DNA of 64,000 nucleotides from Candidatus Kapaibacterium sp. (GCA_963664875.1 OY761611.1:2080001-2144000), one strand, 5' to 3'; shown: positions 40,614 to 51,632, counted from the first letter of the stretch. Made by a program: numbers and translations. The notes: a model not told the origin generated them from the letters alone.

Positions 40614-41939
40614 ATGCAAAAGCTCATTTCATTGCTTCTATTAGTAATTTTTCTTCTACCTAATTATCTGCAAGCACAAGAATTTGAAAATGTCTTGTGG
40701 TGGAAGGCTTTAGAAGATCCAGCAGGTGTATGGAATGTAGCGATTTCACCCGATGGAAATACTATGGTAACGTTAACACATAAACTAAAATTGTGGAATG
40801 CAAATACAGGAGACTTTATCTTAGAATGCGAGATTGGTGAGTTTTTCAAAAATGTTGAAGATATATATTTTTCCAAAGATGGAAAATATATCTATACTGA
40901 TAGTAAGATGCGTGATGGATATTTTAATATTTGGGAAGTTGAAACAGGCAAAATAAAATATTCCAAATATTTTGTAGATAATGTGTTTGATGCCAAAATG
41001 TCAAATGATGGAACAAAAATTGCGATTTATGGACATGATAGATTGTTAAGAATTTACAATTTTATCACTTGGGAATTGTTAGCAGAAAGACAGCTCAAAG
41101 AATATGTGAAAGGAGGAATAGAATACTCACCGGACGACAAATATATTCTGCATGCTTGGACAAGCAATAGTGAAGAACAGCACGGTGTATATTTTTTAGA
41201 TGCAAATACTTTAGAATATGTTGATTATTTGCCTCAGCATATGCACGAAAGTGCAACTTCTGATGTTGCTTTCAGCAGAGATGGTAAGTATTTGTTAGTT
41301 TATACAAGTTTCCATTCTTATGGACAAATACCAACTTCAATATATAGCTATCCTGATTTGGAAGAGTTAGATTTCGATTTAGACTATAATGGATTATCAA
41401 ATGCAAACTTCTATGTTTCTCCTTGTAGCTATGACTTCATAGCTGATTTTGAATCGGATATAGCTTATAGTATAGATTTATATATATTTAGACATAGTGA
41501 TAAAAAACCTCTAAATAATAAAAAGTTAGGACAGATACCATTTTTTTTCCTCCGTGATACTGATACATCAGGATCAAAGATGCCAGGATTTTATCCAAGG
41601 ATAAAATTTATTTCTACTACCGACACAATAGGAGTATTTCTTCCTCCTTGGAATAAAACTAAAGTAAAAGAGAAAGAGGAAATAAAGGAAGATAAAATAT
41701 ATCCAAATCCAAGCACAAACACAGCAGAGATTTCTTTCACAATAGCTAATGCAGAAGACATCAGTGTCTTGATTTATGACAACTCAGGCAGAGTAATACA
41801 AACATTACATCAGGGCTTATTAGAAGCAGGAGAACATACTTTTTCATGGGACTGTTCCAATGTGGGTGCAGGTAAGTATATCTGTAATATCAGAGGCAAC
41901 AGTGTTTTTAAGTCGTTGAAAGTAATGATCAATAAATAG
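40614..41939 (+). CDS. Secreted WD40-repeat protein with T9SS C-terminal domain
   Basis: Signal peptide; SPDG/SKDG/SRDG repeats; IYPNPS..IYDNSGR..G.Y..K sorting domain. Confidence 0.85.
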   Translation: MQKLISLLLLVIFLLPNYLQAQEFENVLWWKALEDPAGVWNVAISPDGNTMVTLTHKLKLWNANTGDFILECEIGEFFKNVEDIYFSKDGKYIYTDSKMRDGYFNIWEVETGKIKYSKYFVDNVFDAKMSNDGTKIAIYGHDRLLRIYNFITWELLAERQLKEYVKGGIEYSPDDKYILHAWTSNSEEQHGVYFLDANTLEYVDYLPQHMHESATSDVAFSRDGKYLLVYTSFHSYGQIPTSIYSYPDLEELDFDLDYNGLSNANFYVSPCSYDFIADFESDIAYSIDLYIFRHSDKKPLNNKKLGQIPFFFLRDTDTSGSKMPGFYPRIKFISTTDTIGVFLPPWNKTKVKEKEEIKEDKIYPNPSTNTAEISFTIANAEDISVLIYDNSGRVIQTLHQGLLEAGEHTFSWDCSNVGAGKYICNIRGNSVFKSLKVMINK

Positions 41940-41949
41940 GATACAAAAC

Positions 41950-44900
41950 ATGAAAAATTATATTCTTTTATTTTTGCTGGGTTTTGCTTCAATTGTTTCA
42001 GCTCAAGACATGTTTTCTCCTAATGTACTGCTTGTTTATGATTCTATACCCATTCCCAATGCGATGCCAGACCGATTTGTTCTTGGATGGCAATGGGGTG
42101 GGCACCCCGCATTATCACATCCAATGGGGATGAGTTATCACCTTGGAGGTGGTTTAGAATCTTATGCTGAAGGTTTAGATACTTCTATTCAAAAAAAGAC
42201 GTTTAACTATATATATGATGATAAGAGCATTACGTCATATTATGCTCAGGCATATCAGTTTGAACCTACAATTGAAGGAGAAGATTTTGTAAAAGACTAT
42301 GGTGATGACTTTAGAGCAGTAACAGGATTTAAACAAGTTGATAGTCGAGCTGTTAAAAATGATACTTTAGGAAGTGAAAATTATGGCAGATTGGAATTGT
42401 GGAAATCAAGATTTACTTCTCCAACAGAGGTTCTTTCAGAGCCAAATATGCCACATCCACTATATTTTGTTTCATATCCTCGGCAACAAGGTTTAGATGG
42501 AAAGCTTTATTCCGATGGTAGATTTTGGTATTTCACTATCAATTTACGTAGAATCAATGATAATACAAATGGTAGCGATACTATTTTGAAAATTTCTTTG
42601 CCCTATAATCTAAAATCAGGAACTACTGGTACGATTTACTTTGATTCTATTCCTGATAAACAAAATCAAATAAGTATTGACTATGGAAATGGTTCCGGAA
42701 GAGGTGTCGCATTGACGTGTAAAGGTATTCAATCTTATCAAGATACCGTATATATTACAAAAGATATGCTTCCCAAATCTTCTGATACAGAACAAGATAT
42801 TACTATTTCTGCCTTCTTTATATGTGAATACTCTTTCCCGATAGATCCACTATTGAATAGAGCATTAAAAGGAAGAGGGATTCAGGATTCTTCTGAAATC
42901 ACTAAAATTGAAATAGACATAGAATATACCCCAAACTGCGACATAGCTATAGATTACATCAGATTAGAAACTCCAAGAGCACAGATGATGTTCAGAGGTT
43001 ATTCAGACTTGCATGATTTCAATTATGGATGTGCTTTGCTTGAAACTGATTATAACAATTTTAAATTACAATTTTTGGAAGATTCTTTATATACAAGACT
43101 GAATACTTTATCAAATCCGATTATTTCTCTACAGAAAGCAATAAATAGGACATGGGACGCAGTCACTAATGCAGAAGATAACCAATTCTTTAGAATTTAC
43201 AGTTATGAAGAAGTAGGTATGGAGCATTGGCTTGCAAACAGATACCTAAATAAAATCTTTAACAATTCAGTTTGTACAGAAACAAATCTTGAATATAACG
43301 AATATTACAGTTTTGTAGTAGAGCCGAACTTCAATTACTATGGAATGTTGCATAAGAACTCTAATGTTTCTGTTCCATATGCCAAAACTAAATATTTTTG
43401 GGCAAATAATTCAGATGCTTTGGCACTGCAATACGGTATTCAAAATGGTTACCTTGGGAACTACGAAACTGTTGATTTTAATCCTGGTGGTAGTTTTGAT
43501 AATAGTAAGGATTCTATAAATTCAGTATTCGAAACGTGGCTAACTGTCAGTAGAGGAGAAAATTCAGGGGTTAAATTTATAGAAGATGCAGAAGTTGATT
43601 GGAAAGTATTTGCTGAGCTGAATGATACAAGTGCAAATTCTGCATATACTCAGTATATGTATGAAGAGAGTATTTTGAGCTTCTACAATTCAACAGTACG
43701 AAGAAGTGTGCAAACCCATTGGGAAAGCATCCTTTATAGAAGTTATAAGTATCATAATTCGGGATATTTTTTGTTTGAAGATAAAGATTGGTGGGCTAAT
43801 ATTTGGCTCAGTCCTGGTTTTTCAAGCTATTTCTATAAAGGAAATAATACAGTAGGAAGTAGTTCTAAAACACGAATTTATTATGATGAGGGAGTATCTC
43901 AGGATTCTTGTGATTTATTTACCATTCGTACAAGAAGACCTTGGACGGGTGAAGAAATAAATTTGAAACTTTGGTCTGCCGTTTTGAAAGGTGCAAAGGG
44001 GATGATGTATGACAGAAGTTGGTATGCTCCAATTGAGGATATTAATATCGACAACCCCAAAGAAGAGTATGAAATTGATTTGGGAATTGCTTGCGGCTTG
44101 TATTCAGGTAATATTACAACTGATTTTGAAAAAGTGCTACAAAGTTCAGATCCATACGGTGGTGATTTCTTAGAATTTGATGCTGATGGAGACCCTTCAA
44201 ACTTAAATGCTTATGCTGACCCATCCGTAATAGAACACAATTTAGAAATACCAGGAGATAGGTTCTATCTTGGAAGGCTTTCAACAAGATTAGAAATGAA
44301 AAAAGTGCATGATTGGATCAATGCTTTAGAGGATGCTCATGTACAAGATGAGTCAAACCTCTCTTTGATGGCTTTGAAGTTGGTTTCTTATTACTCAAAA
44401 GGCTTCAGACCTTTTACAGTTACCGATCCTTCTTTAGACGAGAACATATTAAGCAATTTCGTAGATATAAGTAATATTACAACAAGACCTATAGGTAGAG
44501 TTTATCCAAATAGTTCAACTCCTTATTATGAAAACAGTAATTTAGTTTTCAACCCTGCTGACAGTAGTCAATCTGCGGTAGTGGATTCAGGTTTCTACGA
44601 TATTACTTTACACCGACTTAAAACCGATGATATTTATAATACTAATAAAGTATATTTAGGTGTTCAAAATAGAAGAACAGATCCACTTCTACATTTTACA
44701 GATGATGGTGCAAGTGGGATGGTATTTCTCACTACTGCTGAATTTGATACTTTTGTTCAGGACTCAGGAGAGTGCTATTTAAACAACAAAATGTATTCTG
44801 CTGACTTCTGGAAATCGAAATGGTGGAAACGTCTTGGATGTAGAGAGTTACGCATTCCAATAAACTACTTGGCAGACAACGATTCGACATACTTTAGCGG

Positions 44901-46761
44901 TAGATATTATGAGATTAAGGAATTGGGTTGCGATAATACCGAATTGAATTCCAAGTTTTGGAGACAGCCTGATTTATATCACATGATTGACACTGTTATA
45001 CAAGAAAACGAAGTGTTAAGTGCTCATTTTCTACCAGGTCAAGGCAAACTGATTGAAATCGAAGCAAAATATTTAGCTACGACACCTGATATGAGTGATA
45101 CATCATGTGTTACTTGCGAAGCTATAAACTCTGCACTCGAAGTATCGATTCAGGAAACTAATGATTATTGCTATTCAGTTACTATTATAAATAACTCTGC
45201 TTGTGATTTTATCGAACTCAATTTGATATTTCAAAACGAACGAGTTGAATCAGATCTAAATTACACATGCAATACACCTGAGTGGACATTTACTTGGAGT
45301 AACACAGAACCTAATATCTGTTATGGAACAGGTATGTTAAATTCAGGAGAAGTACTAAGTATTGATATATGTACAAATGATACAGAAGGGAACAATCTTA
45401 TTATCTATGCAGGTGCAATTATCAACGGAATAGAAATCAAATGTGATAATCCAATAGCAGAAGCATATACAACCGACTGTTGTTCATTCCTAAGCCCTGT
45501 TACCTTAGAAGAATCTGACATTGATTGTGATTCTACAGGCGGCTGTGCTTGGAAAGTGATGGCGGAAGTAAATCCTGACTCCACATGTTATACTTCATAC
45601 GGCATCAGAGCAGTCAAAGAAGATGGAACAACAGAAGATATAACTGAAGATTTAATCGGTGATGGTAGCATATATGCTGAATTTTGTTATTGTGGTGAAG
45701 AAGTCAATTTCGAATTCTACCTTAAAGACGAAAATGACAGTATTGCATGCGTTAAAGAATTAGTTGATACATGTAATTTATGTGACAAATACACTATCAA
45801 AGATGGTCTTCCTATTGATCCAAGACATCCTGAACAAGAACTATATTTATATACTCATATAGATGAACTTCAGGTAGCTTATCCACGAACTCACACTAAT
45901 GCTCTATGGTTCAAAACTATCGAATTGAATGAAATTGGATGTATGCTCGATAAAATCGAAATCGAAGAGTATGATATGTCAGGCAATTTACTTAAGATAA
46001 ATGATGTTTATATCAATGAATCATCTACAATTGCATATCCTGCTGATTTCCAAAGGGCACTTGATTCAAAATATCGAATTGTGTTCTATGACAAAGACGG
46101 TAATGTTCTCTGTTCTTATGAATTTGAAAGACATTGGGAGCTACTTCAGGATAATGACATTTTTGAACCTTCAGCTATGGCAATTCCTGTAGGAAATTTC
46201 TGTGAATATGGCATAGATGTAGAACAAAATCAAACACCTGTCGATCCGATTGACATTTATTATGTCATTGTTTCTGACATGGAGGCTCCGAGTATTGTAT
46301 TGCACTATGAGTTTAGAGACCCAAAATCTGCATCACCTTTTGATTTCAGCACCTCATACCATTTAACAGATTTGGTGAAACCTATAGACAGTACACTAAA
46401 AGTGGAAATCCACTATTACGATGCTAACTTCCAACCTGTTGAAGTAAGTGAACTAACATCTAGTTGTATGCAGATGAGAACTATGAGTTTTGCATCTCCG
46501 ATATTGTCGAGCATCTCAACTATGCCACACCCTGCCAATGACAAATTTTCGGTAGAATATACATTGCTTCAGTCGGCAAAAGTTGAGTTTGAGATAAGGA
46601 ATCAATACGGAACAGTACTATACTATAAAAATGAAGGGAATCAAAAATCAGGGGTAAATTACAAAGGGTTTGATACGAGCAGTTTCATTTCAGGTCAGTA
46701 TTATTTAGTGATACAGGCAGGAAGCGAAACAAAAGTAATTCCTTTTGTTGTAATTCACTAA
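41950..46761 (+). CDS. Large secreted T9SS-sorted protein with Cys-rich C-terminal domains
   Basis: Signal peptide; Cys-rich region in the C-terminal third; PHPA..RNQYG..SGQYYL sorting domain. Confidence 0.85.
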   Translation: MKNYILLFLLGFASIVSAQDMFSPNVLLVYDSIPIPNAMPDRFVLGWQWGGHPALSHPMGMSYHLGGGLESYAEGLDTSIQKKTFNYIYDDKSITSYYAQAYQFEPTIEGEDFVKDYGDDFRAVTGFKQVDSRAVKNDTLGSENYGRLELWKSRFTSPTEVLSEPNMPHPLYFVSYPRQQGLDGKLYSDGRFWYFTINLRRINDNTNGSDTILKISLPYNLKSGTTGTIYFDSIPDKQNQISIDYGNGSGRGVALTCKGIQSYQDTVYITKDMLPKSSDTEQDITISAFFICEYSFPIDPLLNRALKGRGIQDSSEITKIEIDIEYTPNCDIAIDYIRLETPRAQMMFRGYSDLHDFNYGCALLETDYNNFKLQFLEDSLYTRLNTLSNPIISLQKAINRTWDAVTNAEDNQFFRIYSYEEVGMEHWLANRYLNKIFNNSVCTETNLEYNEYYSFVVEPNFNYYGMLHKNSNVSVPYAKTKYFWANNSDALALQYGIQNGYLGNYETVDFNPGGSFDNSKDSINSVFETWLTVSRGENSGVKFIEDAEVDWKVFAELNDTSANSAYTQYMYEESILSFYNSTVRRSVQTHWESILYRSYKYHNSGYFLFEDKDWWANIWLSPGFSSYFYKGNNTVGSSSKTRIYYDEGVSQDSCDLFTIRTRRPWTGEEINLKLWSAVLKGAKGMMYDRSWYAPIEDINIDNPKEEYEIDLGIACGLYSGNITTDFEKVLQSSDPYGGDFLEFDADGDPSNLNAYADPSVIEHNLEIPGDRFYLGRLSTRLEMKKVHDWINALEDAHVQDESNLSLMALKLVSYYSKGFRPFTVTDPSLDENILSNFVDISNITTRPIGRVYPNSSTPYYENSNLVFNPADSSQSAVVDSGFYDITLHRLKTDDIYNTNKVYLGVQNRRTDPLLHFTDDGASGMVFLTTAEFDTFVQDSGECYLNNKMYSADFWKSKWWKRLGCRELRIPINYLADNDSTYFSGRYYEIKELGCDNTELNSKFWRQPDLYHMIDTVIQENEVLSAHFLPGQGKLIEIEAKYLATTPDMSDTSCVTCEAINSALEVSIQETNDYCYSVTIINNSACDFIELNLIFQNERVESDLNYTCNTPEWTFTWSNTEPNICYGTGMLNSGEVLSIDICTNDTEGNNLIIYAGAIINGIEIKCDNPIAEAYTTDCCSFLSPVTLEESDIDCDSTGGCAWKVMAEVNPDSTCYTSYGIRAVKEDGTTEDITEDLIGDGSIYAEFCYCGEEVNFEFYLKDENDSIACVKELVDTCNLCDKYTIKDGLPIDPRHPEQELYLYTHIDELQVAYPRTHTNALWFKTIELNEIGCMLDKIEIEEYDMSGNLLKINDVYINESSTIAYPADFQRALDSKYRIVFYDKDGNVLCSYEFERHWELLQDNDIFEPSAMAIPVGNFCEYGIDVEQNQTPVDPIDIYYVIVSDMEAPSIVLHYEFRDPKSASPFDFSTSYHLTDLVKPIDSTLKVEIHYYDANFQPVEVSELTSSCMQMRTMSFASPILSSISTMPHPANDKFSVEYTLLQSAKVEFEIRNQYGTVLYYKNEGNQKSGVNYKGFDTSSFISGQYYLVIQAGSETKVIPFVVIH

Positions 46762-46787
46762 TTCGCATTTCCATACCTCAATAAGTC

Positions 46788-46822
46788 GGGCTTATATCCT
46801 ACGGGAGTAAGCCCTTTTTTTT
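46788..46822 (+). terminator. Terminator
   Basis: gggctta..taagccc followed by a T-run. Confidence 0.7.
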
Positions 46823-46986
46823 AGCTAAATCAGGTCATTCTTTATATTGTAAAGGATTTTGATTTTTCTCAGTTATATGCTGTAAATAATACCAATCTCT
46901 TATTTATTTTCATATGATTGATTTGCTTCTATTTTTTACACCTGAAAAAAACTTGCTTAGACCTGTCTTTTTGGGCTTCTTTTTAA

Positions 46987-48461
46987 CCCAAAAATGTCAT
47001 TAGCGATAATCTCTAATGACTGTCATTAGAAAAAAGAAGATATAACATGTTGATAAATAGTGCTTTAGCAGATATTAAAAAAAGTCTATATTAGGAAAAC
47101 AGATGTAAGAAAATCTTACGAAAAATATGGATGTAAAAATTGCTTTTACCGACAAAGAAATTACACCTTGGGCAGGTATTTCTTTGATGCAAAATATGCT
47201 AAAAAAAATGTCTTTTGATCAAATATTAAAAGATTTGGCGTTACCATCACAGGGTTCGAATAGAGGTTACAAACCAGAACAACTAATACAACACTTTTTA
47301 CTGGGTATTTGGTGCGGTGCAAGTTGCTTCGAACATTTAGAAGTAACAAGACATGACAAAGTCATCCAAAATTTGTTTGGATGGTCAAAAATGGCTGGAA
47401 GCAAAGCATTTCACAGATATTTTAATAAGTTTTCTCAGGCAACAAATCAACAGGTTTTTGATGAGCTTTACACTTGGTTCTTCAATAATTTTCAGTTTGA
47501 CAACTACACAATTGACTTTGATTCTACGGTGATAACTCGCTATGGAAATCAGCAGGGTGCTGCAAAAGGTTATAACCCTCGTAAACCGGGAAGGAATTCA
47601 CATCACCCTTTGCTTGCATTTGTCTCAGATTGCCGAATGATAGCCAATTGCTGGCTTCGGCCCGGCAATACCGGTGCATCAAGCAATTTTCTGAGTTTTT
47701 TGGAAGATACACTTTATAAGCTTGGTAATAAAAAAGCAGGTTTAATCCGTGCCGACAGCGGATTTTACTCAGACGAAATAATGAAATATCTCGAAAGTAC
47801 CAAACATAATTATATAATAGCAGCAAAGTTTTACAGACCTTTGAAAGTAAAAATTGCCAAACATACAAAATGGTGGCCTATAAGTAAAGGTTTAGAAATA
47901 GGCGAAACAAGCTACCAATCAGACAACTGGGATGAACCCCGCCGAGTTATAATGATAAGACAGTATGTTCCACAACGTCCTAAAGCAGTCGGAAAACAAT
48001 TGAGCTTTTTCGAAGGAGACATGCAATTCAAAGATTATCGCTACTCTTGTTTTGTAACAAATTTGGATTTGCCTGCACAAATAATATATGATATGTATCG
48101 TGGGAGAGCCGATTGCGAAAATAGAATCAAGGAGATAAAGTATGATTTTGGAGCAGAAAATTTCAATATGCGCAATTTTTGGGGTACAGAAGCAGCACTA
48201 AATTTTGTTATGATTGCCTATAATCTGATGAGTCTGTTTAGGCAAGCAGTTTTAAAAACTAAAAAGCAAAATTTTCTAAGCACACTCAGATATAAGACTT
48301 TTGCAATAGGCGGATATTTAATTAAAGATGGAAATTCTAAAATTTTGAAGTTATCTTTAGCAATGCAAAGGAGGCAATGGTTTAAGGGACTTTGGAGTTC
48401 GTCAACCTATATAAAATTGCCTCATGTGCTTTAATATGATATTTCTAATGACAAATTTGGG
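46987..48461 (+). mobile_element. IS1380-family insertion sequence
   Basis: IRs cccaaaaatgtcattag / ctaatgacaaatttggg; 5-bp TSD tttaa (46982-46986 and 48462-48466). Confidence 0.92.
47127..48434 (+). CDS. IS1380 transposase
   Basis: DFDST, GYNP..HHPL, LRPGN, RADSGF and YRGRADCENRIKE motifs. Confidence 0.95.
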   Translation: MDVKIAFTDKEITPWAGISLMQNMLKKMSFDQILKDLALPSQGSNRGYKPEQLIQHFLLGIWCGASCFEHLEVTRHDKVIQNLFGWSKMAGSKAFHRYFNKFSQATNQQVFDELYTWFFNNFQFDNYTIDFDSTVITRYGNQQGAAKGYNPRKPGRNSHHPLLAFVSDCRMIANCWLRPGNTGASSNFLSFLEDTLYKLGNKKAGLIRADSGFYSDEIMKYLESTKHNYIIAAKFYRPLKVKIAKHTKWWPISKGLEIGETSYQSDNWDEPRRVIMIRQYVPQRPKAVGKQLSFFEGDMQFKDYRYSCFVTNLDLPAQIIYDMYRGRADCENRIKEIKYDFGAENFNMRNFWGTEAALNFVMIAYNLMSLFRQAVLKTKKQNFLSTLRYKTFAIGGYLIKDGNSKILKLSLAMQRRQWFKGLWSSSTYIKLPHVL

Positions 48462-48466
48462 TTTAA

Positions 48467-48732
48467 AGTCTTCAAACTGTGACTCAAGATATTAAAATTG
48501 CTCATTTCAAGTTTCTCTGTTCTAAGATTATTGCTGACAGCTCTTCATCAGAAAGGTGTTGAATATCAGGGTAAGTAATTGTTGCTGATTGAGCCAAGGA
48601 AATATATTTTGACACGGTTTTGCGTGCAACTCCAAGAGAGTTTTCTATTTTACGCATGGAATGATGCTCGTGGTGCATTCTTAGAATTTGTCTGATATCT
48701 ATCAATGAAATACTTTTGTTAGTCATACACAA
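48467..48732 (-). pseudogene. IS21 IstA N-terminal remnant, interrupted by IS1380
   Basis: IRQILRM..SMRKIE..LGVARKTVSKY..LSDEEL; ESQFEDFKK|KPKKTGLSK continues across the IS1380 site. Confidence 0.7.
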
Positions 48733-48902
48733 TGCCCTCTACCTGTGACCATAATTATCAATTTAGAGGGACTCATTTTTTATGCCATGTTTGGTTTGGT
48801 GAAAAGTGGAGTTCTTTCACCGAAATATCAATAATATTCTAATTGGTCACCATGGGGCAGCAATCTTACACCAATCGAACCAAATATTAGAAGTTTAAAA
48901 CC

Positions 48903-49526
48903 TCACGACTTCCTTTTAAATCCTTCACCAACATAAGTTCGGATTGGATTACCACGCTCCAAATCCCAATGATTTAGCCAACGATCCCTTTCGGCATCAG
49001 AATGATTTTTGTCGTCAATATGTTTAATAATACCATATAGTCGTGATACAGCAAGACTTTTATTCCTTAGTTGGGAGCGTTCTTCACTTGCTAAAACGGA
49101 TATATTCGAAGGGATATGAGTTGCTCTGACTGCTGTTTCCACCTTGTTAACATTTTGTCCACCCGGACCTGAAGAACGTGTAGTTTCAAATTTTATATCA
49201 TTCTCTGAAAATTCAGTTGGCTTTGGCATTGAAAGAACATTTACTCCTACATACCAATTCTTTCTTTTATGGTTTTTACGGTAAGGGCTTTGTCCTATCC
49301 AAAGAATAGTACCAGTCCATGATTCCAAGAATGATTTTAAATTATCACCTTCTATACTTAGGAGTGCTGATTTCAAAGTGCCTCGTTTCTGTCCACTGAC
49401 TTTTTCAAGTATATCTAACTTAAGTTTAAACCCCTCTGCTTCTTTAGTAATTTCATTAAGAACCTTATTTACCACCCAAGCACATTCTTCGGGACATCTA
49501 CCTGCAGTAAGTTGTAACCAATGCAA
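48903..49526 (-). CDS. prfH: Peptide chain release factor H
   Basis: LQLTAGRCPEEC, GTILWIGQSPYRKNHKRKNWYVG and SSGPGGQNVNK. Confidence 0.93.
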   Translation of the reverse strand: MHWLQLTAGRCPEECAWVVNKVLNEITKEAEGFKLKLDILEKVSGQKRGTLKSALLSIEGDNLKSFLESWTGTILWIGQSPYRKNHKRKNWYVGVNVLSMPKPTEFSENDIKFETTRSSGPGGQNVNKVETAVRATHIPSNISVLASEERSQLRNKSLAVSRLYGIIKHIDDKNHSDAERDRWLNHWDLERGNPIRTYVGEGFKRKS

Positions 49527-49540
49527 ATTCTTATTTCCGT

Positions 49541-50191
49541 TTATTTATAATATTGATAAATAGTTTTGAAGTCAACCCATATAATCTTTATGCGTGAGAT
49601 TTCTTCAAATGACAGATGCTGATGATCATATAGTTCATGCAGCATAAATGTATGTATAAAGCTGTTTAAATCAGATTTGTCATCTGACAAATTTTTAAAT
49701 TCATTGTGATCGTAATTATTTGAATAATAGAATTTTTCAATATAATCTTCCAATTTATTAGAAGAATCATAGCTCAAACTGTCGGAGAAACGAGCTATAT
49801 AATTATCATCATCTTCTTTATAGGCAGGATCACCCTCACCTATAGAAAATTCAATTTCCCATTCAATTTCAAAATCTCGAACCCAATCATAATAATCATC
49901 AACTCTTGCCTTAGCGACTTTATACTGCCTATTTACTTCATCTTTGATAAGGACATTAATTTCGCGGAATCTTTCATTCAATTTCTTAACTGATTGCACA
50001 ATATCCTGCCATTTTTCATCGCTTTGTGTTTTTGTTATTCTATGAGCAAAGCTTATATCTTGATCGAGCTTTTTTATAATGCTACTAAATTGCTTGTATT
50101 TACTTTCTACAACTTTATTTACTGCATCAAATCCTCTTATTCTACGAAGAGTTGAGGGCATACTCAATACATTAAATTTCTCACTGAGCAC
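49541..50191 (-). CDS. Hypothetical acidic protein between rtcB2 and prfH
   Basis: Co-oriented with 2-bp and 14-bp gaps; GTG start; family not recognised. Confidence 0.7.
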   Translation of the reverse strand: MLSEKFNVLSMPSTLRRIRGFDAVNKVVESKYKQFSSIIKKLDQDISFAHRITKTQSDEKWQDIVQSVKKLNERFREINVLIKDEVNRQYKVAKARVDDYYDWVRDFEIEWEIEFSIGEGDPAYKEDDDNYIARFSDSLSYDSSNKLEDYIEKFYYSNNYDHNEFKNLSDDKSDLNSFIHTFMLHELYDHQHLSFEEISRIKIIWVDFKTIYQYYK

Positions 50192-50193
50192 AA

Positions 50194-51306
50194 CTATTTC
50201 CTTGTTTTATAAGTAATAATTGGTTTGAGCTGAGCCAGTACTTTTATTATTCCTGCATCAGCCAATGCTGCAATTATATGCTCAATATTCTTGTATGCCT
50301 GTGGTGCTTCTTCGTATAAGAGATTTTTATCTTCACAAATTACGGCACTTCCAATTTCGGTGAGTTGCATTTTATCAATTGTATATTTATCACCAAGGAT
50401 AGATTTAGCGTTTTTACGTTTCCACTTTCTACCCGAACCATGAGCAAGTGAAAAAAGATTTTGTTCCTGACCACCAATAGGTAGCACAAGGTAGCTATAT
50501 GTACCACGAGACCCTGCAATTACAACAGCACCAAGGTCTGAACGAGCCGCACCCTTTCTATGTAAGTAGTATTCTTGATGACCAACAGTTGTTTTAGCAA
50601 TACAGTTGTGTTCTACATCTAAAACCGTCTTTGAAAAACTACCTAACTGTTCTAAAAACCTTTCAGCAATCAGCTTTCTACTTAGTTTTGCCCAATGAAC
50701 CGCATTATCATGTTGCTGAAGATACTTAGTTGCCTCTTCAGATTCTATTTTGAGCCCAGTAGAAGTGTTTGTTTCTGCAAATTCTTGAAAAATTGCAGAT
50801 CCAAGGCTTCTTGAACCACTATGTACTAATAATACAAGATTCTTTGAATCAACTCCTAAATCTAAAAGAGCGTTTTCATCAAAAACCTTTTCAATAGATT
50901 GAAGCTCTGCAAAATGGTTTCCACCACCAATTGTACCAATAGAAGAATCATATGAGGTAGATTCAACACCTGCTTCTTCCATAATAGCATTTATATTCCC
51001 ATCATAAGAATCCTCTAAGCCTGATAGCTTTCTGACCCACTTATCTCTTTTGATTTTAGATTTCTTTAGGTCTGTTTGGAATAATGCCATTCCACATCCC
51101 ACATCATTGCCAATTAAATGCGGATAAATAATCTTTTGTGTTGCTATGGTAACTCCTACTGGTCCTGAATGGATGTCGGGAAGCCCAATAGCTTGTTGAA
51201 CACCTTCAAGTTCAGAAACAAGCTTAAGTTGTTCGATTGCTTCGCTTTCTACCCAATTTTTGTCATTAGTTATTAGCTTGATTTTGTTGTTTATTTCTTT
51301 GAACAT
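50194..51306 (-). CDS. rtcB2: RtcB-family RNA ligase (PrfH-coupled RtcB2)
   Basis: PDIH, GNDVGCG, GTIGGGNHF, HSGSR, HRKGA, AHGSGR and EEAPQAYK; ~370 aa; linked to prfH. Confidence 0.92.
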   Translation of the reverse strand: MFKEINNKIKLITNDKNWVESEAIEQLKLVSELEGVQQAIGLPDIHSGPVGVTIATQKIIYPHLIGNDVGCGMALFQTDLKKSKIKRDKWVRKLSGLEDSYDGNINAIMEEAGVESTSYDSSIGTIGGGNHFAELQSIEKVFDENALLDLGVDSKNLVLLVHSGSRSLGSAIFQEFAETNTSTGLKIESEEATKYLQQHDNAVHWAKLSRKLIAERFLEQLGSFSKTVLDVEHNCIAKTTVGHQEYYLHRKGAARSDLGAVVIAGSRGTYSYLVLPIGGQEQNLFSLAHGSGRKWKRKNAKSILGDKYTIDKMQLTEIGSAVICEDKNLLYEEAPQAYKNIEHIIAALADAGIIKVLAQLKPIITYKTRK

Positions 51307-51387
51307 AGATTTTCTTTTAAATTATAATTGCTGAAATATACTTCAATGAGTGTCAAATCTTGTCGTTGATGTATAGATTTGAGTTTG

Positions 51388-51624
51388 CTATTGTTTTTTT
51401 GCATATCCCCATGCTTCCCAAACTTTTTCCCTACCATAAGATTCAAAGCTATTAACAAGCTGCAACTCCTGAAGCACTTGTAAATCTCGTTCAACGCTTC
51501 TCTGAGCTACATCATCACCTGAAGAATCTAATTGTAGCAAGATTTCTCTTTTTGTCAGTTTTAGACCTTTTAGAAACATTTTAAGAATTGTCAAGGTTCG
51601 AAAGGTTTTGTTTGTCGATGCCAT
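51388..51624 (-). CDS. Small winged-HTH protein (like the N-terminus of WYL regulators)
   Basis: R.L.IL..L..LT..E...VAQRSVERDLQVL; paralog at 53448-53690. Confidence 0.75.
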   Translation of the reverse strand: MASTNKTFRTLTILKMFLKGLKLTKREILLQLDSSGDDVAQRSVERDLQVLQELQLVNSFESYGREKVWEAWGYAKKQ

Positions 51625-51632
51625 GATTTCTC

